Shown here: in pieces, positions 1 to 5,666 of the stretch
Numbering within the stretch: position 1 is the first letter of the stretch
How the letters are laid out: each line of letters opens with the position of its first letter
Virus record (IMG/VR): IMGVR_UViG_3300020577_005857
Direction: 5' to 3' (one strand)
DNA: 20,000 nucleotides
DNA from: an uncultured virus (IMG/VR IMGVR_UViG_3300020577_005857)
Taxonomy: Duplodnaviria; Heunggongvirae; Uroviricota; Caudoviricetes
The notes under the pieces: model-generated
Seen by the model: only the letters and a program-made list of their open reading frames with translations
Told to the model about the DNA's origin: nothing
Databases searched by the model: none
Position numbers and translations under genes: made by a program

Positions 1-383
1 ATGTAGGCCTCGGCCACTCGGCCAATACCTCTCCATGAAAGCCCAGCCTTCCAAGTCTTGGCCGCAACATGCTGCTTCACCAGTGTCTTGGCAAAGGCCA
101 CCGCCCGCACCAATTCACGTGGCCCTAATGCCATCAGGTGGCCATAGCTATTGGCAACTAGTTCGGGCTCCCGCGTAGCGGTGAGCCCCAACACAGGTAG
201 GGCCACCTTAGCATCACGTATCTGTCCCTTTATATGATTCCAGGCCAAGAAATGATGAAAGAACAACGGATCACTCTTCATGGCCTTGTCTGCGATTGGG
301 ATGTATTCACTTAGGTCTCGGTGCGGGCTCTTATTCAGGACCGCTACCAGTTCATTGATATCGAAGGAGAGTTCTTGAGTCAT
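1..383 (-). CDS. Putative Ro60/TROVE-like RNA-binding protein, N-terminal part (runs off the window edge)
   Basis: Not in the ORF track because it is truncated. Hand translation from ATG at 383: MTQELSFDINELVAVLNKSPHRDLSEYIPIADKAMKSDPLFFHHFLAWNHIKGQIRDAKVALPVLGL..., open to position 1. The PH..DPLFF.H..AW...G.IRD.K pattern resembles the N-terminus of bacterial TROVE(+vWA)-like proteins. tRNA-like RNAs lie directly upstream. Confidence 0.55.
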   Translation of the reverse strand, partial: MTQELSFDINELVAVLNKSPHRDLSEYIPIADKAMKSDPLFFHHFLAWNHIKGQIRDAKVALPVLGLTATREPELVANSYGHLMALGPRELVRAVAFAKTLVKQHVAAKTWKAGLSWRGIGRVAEAY

Positions 384-392
384 ATATTTTTG

Positions 393-563
393 CCGGGACA
401 CTGAGTTATCAGAAGCTTTATTGCTATTTTGCTACCCCCCCCCCCCCCACTAAAAGCTCCCTAAGAGCCCTTAGTGGAGGGGGCCGGACTCGAACCGGCA
501 GTCTCATTCGTGAAATGAATGTGCTTTAACCGCGCTTGTATACTCCTGAAGAAAGCGCCCCGG
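393..563 (-). ncRNA. Circularly permuted tRNA-Glu(UUC)-like structured RNA (Y-RNA-like architecture)
   Basis: Minus strand: outer stem CCGGGGCGCT(563-554)/AGTGTCCCGG(402-393); stem TCAGGAG(549-543)/CTTCTGA(415-409); anticodon arm CATTC-ATTTCAC-GAATG (521-505); T arm GCCGG-TTCGAGT-CCGGC (499-483); acceptor strand CCCCTCCA extended into an 18-bp closed hairpin (482-442), followed by a G-run and TAGC. Confidence 0.75.
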
Positions 564-571
564 ATATCTAA

Positions 572-637
572 TGGCCGCAGAGTGATAGGAACTTTTCTTT
601 GCAAGGAATGGCTTGTAGGTCCCTCTCGATGCGGCCA
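572..637 (-). ncRNA. Long structured hairpin within the ncRNA array
   Basis: TGGCCGCA(637-630)/TGCGGCCA(579-572), then GAG/CTC and AGGGAC/GTTCCT. Confidence 0.5.
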
Positions 638-654
638 AACTCTCAACCCAGATC

Positions 655-763
655 AGGGTGGGGCAATGATTACTGCTTAAGCTACCTTATCTGTCGCCAA
701 GTTAGTAGCCAAGACCGGAGGCAAGACCGGCCCCGGACGGCAGCAATCATTCATCCCCACCCC
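655..763 (-). ncRNA. ~110-nt Y-RNA-shaped RNA (bulged terminal stem with branched apical domain)
   Basis: GGGGTGGGG(763-755)/CCCCACCCT(663-655); ATG/G internal loop; 12-bp AATGATTGCTGC(751-740)/GCAGTAATCATT(676-665); two inner hairpins, one capped by a GCGA (GNRA) tetraloop. Confidence 0.6.
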
Positions 764-960
764 TCAGCCTAATGCAGTTTCGGTGTAAGGAGACACCCAC
801 GGCTGAGCGACCTAGGATTTTTACTAGGAGGCGACTCTAAAACAGGTCTGAAGCCAACCAAAGCAGGACCATATTCTAAAGTCCCCACCTAGTAGACAAC
901 AATGTTGCCTATAGGTGAGTGGGCGCTGAGTAAACCGAAGATTCATCCCCCAGGGTGTTA
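763..960 (-). ncRNA. Structured non-coding segment with multiple hairpins
   Basis: CTCAGCC(807-801)/GGCTGAG(769-763) enclosing GGTGT/ACACC; CCTAG/CTAGG; CTCACCTA-TAGGCAAC-att-GTTGTCTA-c-TAGGTGGG (919-884). G-U pairs favour the minus strand. No credible ORF. Confidence 0.5.
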
Positions 961-967
961 CCCCTCA

Positions 968-1041
968 AGGACAAGACAGGACTCGAACCTGTAACCCTCT
1001 GATCCGCATTCAGATGCTCTATCCACGTGAGCTACTTGTAG
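968..1041 (-). tRNA. tRNA-Arg(GCG)-like gene, probably a pseudo-tRNA or tRNA mimic
   Basis: Minus strand CTACAAG-TA-GCTC-ACGTGGATA-GAGC-A-TCTGA-ATGCGGA-TCAGA-GGGTT-ACAGG-TTCGAGT-CCTGT-CTTGTCC-T. D, anticodon and T arms are intact, but only 5 of 7 acceptor pairs form and there is no encoded CCA. Confidence 0.75.
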
Positions 1042-1067
1042 CTCCGGCGAAAAGCGCCCACAAATCG

Positions 1068-1095
1068 AGTGTAGCACATTGTTGCACAATGTCAA
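1068..1095 (-). promoter_or_regulatory. sigma70-type promoter driving the ncRNA array and TROVE-like gene
   Basis: TTGACA (1095-1090), 16-nt spacer, extended -10 TGcTACACT (-10 at 1073-1068). An ACATTG-N5-CAATGT inverted repeat overlaps the spacer and -35. Confidence 0.75.
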
Positions 1096-1115
1096 GCGAA
1101 TTTTTTCTTCGCTTT

Positions 1116-1301
1116 TTATTCGCCTTTTGGTGGTCTCCCGAGGCGCTTTCCGTTTTTGCTCAGCGACGGCACGCGCCCCTCGGCACTCTTAATCTTAAGG
1201 ACTCGGATCTCGTTTTCCAAATCCTTTTGTTGCTCAAGCATAGCTTGTATACGTAGCTTGAGACCCAATAAGGCCAGTTCTTTAAGATCTAATTCTTTCA
1301 T
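1116..1301 (-). CDS. Small coiled-coil protein with C-terminal AT-hook-like motif (61 aa)
   Basis: Likely start MKELDLKEL at 1301 after RBS GAAAGGAA; heptad-like helix; ends KRLGRPPKGE. Confidence 0.7.
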   Translation of the reverse strand: MKELDLKELALLGLKLRIQAMLEQQKDLENEIRVLKIKSAEGRVPSLSKNGKRLGRPPKGE

Positions 1302-1311
1302 ATATTCCTTT

Positions 1312-2373
1312 CTACTCGACCACCACGTAATCCGCAGCCACTTCCACAGAGTCGCCGCCCCAGTTGAACGTAATGAACATAGGATTGAATGGCAACCCAT
1401 CTCCATCCCATCCAGCTATGGCTGGTGTAGCTTCACGCCCCTTAATCCGCACATAGCCCTTGCCGATCCAGGGAGCCCGATGCTGGTTTGTATAGCGGCT
1501 GGGAATCGTCCGGTAAAAGATCCGCTTCCCGTTCTTGCCCCAAGGAATTCCGGTGAAAGAAAGTGTGAGGTAATCCTTGCCCCAAGTTTTGTCCGCGCCG
1601 GTTCCGCCCAATATGAAACGTGTAATCGCCCCACCAAAATACTTGGAGAGCCGAATCATTTTCTCCGTGGTGGTCTCCTTTGGGTAGAATCTGTCATAGG
1701 CATTCAAATAGAAATCTAGGATCTCGTCATCCAGGTTCCCATGCCATTCTGGGATATGCCCCCGAATCCAATCTCCCCGCACAGCGCTTGACCTATTCAT
1801 CGCCTCAAGGATAATCGGAGAATATGTTGCCACGGCCCTCCGAAAATCACTAGAATTCATGAGGAAGTCCTCCCGCCATATGGCAGAGCCGCCACCAAAC
1901 ATGAGAGTTTTATGCAATTTCTGGAAGTCCCTCACATAGAGATCCGTCTTCGGAATCCAGTCATCGCCGAACATGCTCTCATCAGTCAAGTTCTCAAGCC
2001 GGATACGAATGTCCACCCCAGGTTTGTAGTGAGCGCACACCCTCCGCTCCAGGCATTCCAGTTGCTTCAAGGCCATGACATCAGCGATATCAACGCTGCC
2101 CTCACCCTGTTTGCTGGCACCCCAGGGAATAAGGATGGGGATAGGTGCCCCAGCATCCATAGCCTTCCGCACCACGGCGCGTATCTCCACTAAGCCCTCC
2201 GGATCAGGCATGGGTCCATATCGCTGCTGTTTTGTGCCGATCAGCTCAGACACCACAGCCTCGAACATGACTTTCTTGTCTCCATTGACGGCCCCCGGGA
2301 ACTCCAGTTCCATCATCTGAAGTATTGTACCCAGATAAGGATCATCACTATTGGCGCTCAGCTTAAGACTCAT
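1312..2373 (-). CDS. Divergent PvcA/Dit1/IsnA (isonitrile synthase)-like protein
   Basis: GAPIPILIPWGASK...VDIADVMALKQLECLERRVCAHYKPGVDIRIRLE parallels the family pattern PI.hhLPAFP.K...PD.AE..AL..L..LC..I...Y.PG..I.I.SDG. C-terminal YLTLSF and RAPW parallel IRLSIH and TPWH. Start placed at ATG 2373 (RBS GGAGGGG). Confidence 0.6.
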   Translation of the reverse strand: MSLKLSANSDDPYLGTILQMMELEFPGAVNGDKKVMFEAVVSELIGTKQQRYGPMPDPEGLVEIRAVVRKAMDAGAPIPILIPWGASKQGEGSVDIADVMALKQLECLERRVCAHYKPGVDIRIRLENLTDESMFGDDWIPKTDLYVRDFQKLHKTLMFGGGSAIWREDFLMNSSDFRRAVATYSPIILEAMNRSSAVRGDWIRGHIPEWHGNLDDEILDFYLNAYDRFYPKETTTEKMIRLSKYFGGAITRFILGGTGADKTWGKDYLTLSFTGIPWGKNGKRIFYRTIPSRYTNQHRAPWIGKGYVRIKGREATPAIAGWDGDGLPFNPMFITFNWGGDSVEVAADYVVVE

Positions 2374-2656
2374 AAGTAATCCACTCCCCTCCAACTTGAA
2401 GTTCTGCCTTCATACGGCAGCCCAGAGAGATGCCGGATTCCCGGTCTATGACATAGATGTTGTAAGACTCTGTGTCTTGCGCCACAATAGCCTTTCGGAG
2501 AATCGTGATCACAATTACGCTTCTGGTAAACTCTACCTCCATATCATTCATGGCATAGAACTTCCCAGAAAACTTGATGTGCCCCCGGGCCCCAATATAA
2601 CCAGTCTCATCCGGGTTCATCCCCGGAGGTATGCCATCCGAATCAATAATGTTCAT
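2363..2656 (-). CDS. Hypothetical protein (97 aa)
   Basis: ORF overlaps both neighbours (ATGA junction upstream). Confidence 0.7.
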   Translation of the reverse strand: MNIIDSDGIPPGMNPDETGYIGARGHIKFSGKFYAMNDMEVEFTRSVIVITILRKAIVAQDTESYNIYVIDRESGISLGCRMKAELQVGGEWITYES

Positions 2657-3153
2657 AGGCCTTTAAGCCACTCCTTCCTCAGCAGTCTTCTCAATCTTTC
2701 TTGCTTCTCATCTAGCTCAGCAATAGTCTTGCCGGTGATGCGTTCTTTCATCTCATCTCCCAGCTTGCTTCGCGCAATTCGGCGCTCAATCTGGAAATTC
2801 AGGTACTTCGGAAGCTCTTCCGGAGTCTCGCCTGCGTACACTTCCAGACACCACGCAGCAAACTTACGCTTGTCCCCTGGGGCAATACTTAACGGTCGCG
2901 TCCTAGCCGCAGGCGGGATCACCCATTCAATCTCGGTTCCTCCCCGCACTGTAGGCCTCCCCAGAGTGCTCACGAATTGCATTACCTGCGGCCCCAGCAG
3001 GTCATCCTTCCTCAATACTGGCCGCTCAGGAACCTTCCCCAATCGAGTTAGGAACCAGCGCATTGTCTGCACTTGACATTCCCGCCTATGGCAGCACGGC
3101 CAAGTGTCCGGATTCTCTATCCCTACTCCACACCAATAACAAGGCTCTCTCAT
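2653..3153 (-). CDS. Hypothetical protein with N-terminal Cys cluster (possible Zn finger)
   Basis: CYWC...CCHRREC; ATGA overlaps on both sides. Confidence 0.7.
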   Translation of the reverse strand: MREPCYWCGVGIENPDTWPCCHRRECQVQTMRWFLTRLGKVPERPVLRKDDLLGPQVMQFVSTLGRPTVRGGTEIEWVIPPAARTRPLSIAPGDKRKFAAWCLEVYAGETPEELPKYLNFQIERRIARSKLGDEMKERITGKTIAELDEKQERLRRLLRKEWLKGL

Positions 3154-3479
3154 CTTGGGTAAGCCTCATCCAGGCCGCGCTTCCATCCCTTTCCATGTGG
3201 CTTTGGGCCAGCTCCGGCCTTGTCTATATTCATCTCAAAGCACATACCCGGAGTAACCCATACCCTATGAGTCCAAGTCTTAGCCGTTGGCTTTCCCCAT
3301 TTCTTGGGGGGCGTATTGAAATTCTTGAGGTATTCCACTTCAACCAGCAATTGAGGTTTGAAATCCACGTGAGTTCCATCACTAAACCCGTAGGGAACCG
3401 CGATCCACATAGCCTTTCCACTGACCGCCTTAGCCGAGTATTCCCGGCCTCTACTCTTAATGTATCCTGTATAAGGCAT
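3150..3479 (-). CDS. Hypothetical protein (109 aa)
   Basis: RBS GAGGT; coupled to the downstream gene. Confidence 0.7.
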   Translation of the reverse strand: MPYTGYIKSRGREYSAKAVSGKAMWIAVPYGFSDGTHVDFKPQLLVEVEYLKNFNTPPKKWGKPTAKTWTHRVWVTPGMCFEMNIDKAGAGPKPHGKGWKRGLDEAYPR

Positions 3480-3490
3480 AAGCTACCTCA

Positions 3491-3513
3491 GAATGCGCCC
3501 TATAGGCGCATTC
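3491..3513. other. Intergenic perfect 9-bp hairpin
   Basis: GAATGCGCC-CTATA-GGCGCATTC directly after the purA-like stop; no U-tract. Confidence 0.5.
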
Positions 3514-3522
3514 CGCGAAAGC

Positions 3523-4680
3523 CTACCACAAAGTGTTTTTGTCCGCAGAGCTGGGGCCATTCGACACATATCGAATGCTTTCACCCAGCCTATCAAAGAA
3601 AAGCTCCTCCATTTCTTTGAAATTAGTAGGAATCCAACCCTCTCCGGCGTAGTCTACCCACTTCAGATCTTTTCCTGCCACGTCCCAGTGAGTCAAAGCA
3701 AAATTGAAATTTCGAACTTTCTTAGTTTTCACAGTAGACGCAGCACGTGCAATAGCTAGGCTATACCGCAAAGCTTGGAAGTCCAGAAAACCTTGGCGGA
3801 ATGCTCCTTGAAATTGTCCCCATTGATTGTGCTTCTCAGGAATTCGCTTGTCTGGCCTCCCCGGTGGATATTCGCTTGCAAATGGTCCGTGCCCATGCCG
3901 CGTCATGTAGGTTCGCGTAACCAATACCACTTCAGCATCGTAAACACTGCCGAGGGGAACCATGTCCAAAGCCCGTCTTGGTGTGCAGTCAGTCCAAGTG
4001 TTGTGCGGGGCCGTCCCCCAGGTTTCATCCAGCAAGATACCCTGTGCGCCCTCGAACACTACCTTATCCATTCGTCCCCATGGATCGACACCACGTTGCA
4101 ACCTACTCGCGTACTCCTTCATTGTTTCCAGTACTTCATCAACCGAGGGCATATATCGCAGTAAGGTTGCATAGCACTCGCGAATGTCAACCAATATATT
4201 GCGAAGATCAGAAGTCCACAGATCTTTAATCCGTAGAGTAGGACGCCCGCCTAATTCCATCTCACGTGCGGCGCCAATTCCCATCCCGCAGCTTCCATGA
4301 GCCTTACACCCCCGGCCATCCTCCACATGTTTATTCCACATGCGGTGCCAAGGGGTAACTATTACCGCATTCATACTGACCCTTAGAAGATCCCAAGGAT
4401 TCCAAGGAATCTTCCCCGATAACGCTTCTGCCTCACGTAAGGCCATCTCAGGGTCTACCAGCACATATGGACCCAGGTAGGTGGGAATGCCACGCAAGGT
4501 GGCACTCCCCCATTGGGAAAATGTGTGGTGGACTCCATCATGGATAACGTTGTGGGCAGTCTGGGCACCACCATTGAAGCGGACTACCACGTCGGCCTTC
4601 ATCTGGCCTGCCAAGTAATCCACCATGGTACCCTTGCCCTCATCGCCGAATCCAGCGCCCACTACAATTTTCGAAATCAT
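3523..4680 (-). CDS. purA: Divergent adenylosuccinate synthetase-like protein (PurA family)
   Basis: Motifs GAGFGDEGKG, VVRFNGGAQTAH, GSCGMGIG, VVFEGAQGILLD, RTYMTRHGHGPF, LTHWD, VSNGP. The aspartate-binding TTGRxR loop is replaced by QFQGAFR, so orthology of function is not implied. Confidence 0.9.
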   Translation of the reverse strand: MISKIVVGAGFGDEGKGTMVDYLAGQMKADVVVRFNGGAQTAHNVIHDGVHHTFSQWGSATLRGIPTYLGPYVLVDPEMALREAEALSGKIPWNPWDLLRVSMNAVIVTPWHRMWNKHVEDGRGCKAHGSCGMGIGAAREMELGGRPTLRIKDLWTSDLRNILVDIRECYATLLRYMPSVDEVLETMKEYASRLQRGVDPWGRMDKVVFEGAQGILLDETWGTAPHNTWTDCTPRRALDMVPLGSVYDAEVVLVTRTYMTRHGHGPFASEYPPGRPDKRIPEKHNQWGQFQGAFRQGFLDFQALRYSLAIARAASTVKTKKVRNFNFALTHWDVAGKDLKWVDYAGEGWIPTNFKEMEELFFDRLGESIRYVSNGPSSADKNTLW

Positions 4681-5654
4681 AGTCTCTGAGTCTTTCCTCC
4701 CTTCACTATAGCTCCGCCTTCGGTCTTCGCCACTTCGCCGCTTACCTTCACAAGCGCAGTGGTGTCCACTCCATCCGCACTGAGGTCTGCTACACTGGCA
4801 TGACCCTCGCTGATGGCCACAGCTCCAGCGATGGTTTCGCAGATCTTCTCTGGATTATCAAGCTTGATGACATTCTGCTGGCCTAGCAGATTCACCCAAT
4901 GCCGTTCTAAACTGGCATCGTCGTAATGCTGACTCAGCTTGGGAATGATGAAGAACACGTGATAGAGTTTCTGCGCATCCTCGACCACATCCGCCAACGG
5001 CTGATCCCCTTGCAGCGCTATACCAACTAGCTTACTAATCTGTTCGGCGCTCACTACTGGATAAGCGTGTTCGTCGCCGATCACGAACAAGTAGCCCTTC
5101 TTGCCCCGCTTTGCCATGGCATCATGACTTGTGCGGTTTGCCATGAACCACAGCGCCAGTTCATAGCTCTCTTCGTAGCTGCTCCCACCATTCCGTGTAA
5201 GCCACAGATTCGTGAGATTGTCATCGATTTCAATGCCACTCTCGAACTGCCCCACCTGAAGGGCTCCGGCCCCACCATACACGCGCTGTGCTAGATAATC
5301 ATCGACTGCCCCGATCAGAATAGCCGGGTAGGCATCGCCCAGGTACTTCTTGCCGCTCAGCTTGTCGTCCACAAGCGTCCCCATCAGCTTGGAAAGGGCC
5401 TTCTGGATAATCACAGGGACGTGCCCCATGCTTCCTGTGGTGTCACAGAAGACAGCAATCGGAAGCGTTACGGGGTGCTCCGTAGAGTCGCGGCTCTCTC
5501 GGATGGCTCCTTTGGGATCCAGGCTAGGATGTACCTTGGCTGAAACTCGCCCCCTCCGAATGTCGTCATCATGGGCAAAGGTAGCCTTCCCTGAGGAAGC
5601 CCTGCTCCTTGTCCGGTCTTCATGTTCTCTACTGCTATAGGATGTTGATCCCAT
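4677..5654 (-). CDS. von Willebrand factor A (vWA) domain protein
   Basis: MIDAS-like IAVFCDTTGSMG, GG...ESYELA, GYLFVIGDE; ATGA-coupled to the purA-like gene. Confidence 0.85.
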   Translation of the reverse strand: MGSTSYSSREHEDRTRSRASSGKATFAHDDDIRRGRVSAKVHPSLDPKGAIRESRDSTEHPVTLPIAVFCDTTGSMGHVPVIIQKALSKLMGTLVDDKLSGKKYLGDAYPAILIGAVDDYLAQRVYGGAGALQVGQFESGIEIDDNLTNLWLTRNGGSSYEESYELALWFMANRTSHDAMAKRGKKGYLFVIGDEHAYPVVSAEQISKLVGIALQGDQPLADVVEDAQKLYHVFFIIPKLSQHYDDASLERHWVNLLGQQNVIKLDNPEKICETIAGAVAISEGHASVADLSADGVDTTALVKVSGEVAKTEGGAIVKGGKTQRL

Positions 5655-5666
5655 TCTTTTCTCCTT

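Noticed and set aside
472..505. tmRNA 3' end or prophage att remnant
   Set aside because: It is preceded by a full anticodon arm, has no tag ORF or CCA, and there is no integrase or host boundary nearby.
461..646. 61-aa minus-strand ORF
   Set aside because: TTG start with no clear RBS, and it runs through the tRNA-like arms and hairpins.
763..807. Hammerhead ribozyme (stem followed by CGAAAC)
   Set aside because: The CUGANGA core is absent before the stem.
3523..4680. PurZ / Z-genome (2-aminoadenine) pathway
   Set aside because: The catalytic Asp is retained (GDEGKG) instead of the Ser of PurZ, and no dATPase or MazZ-like gene is recognisable in the window.
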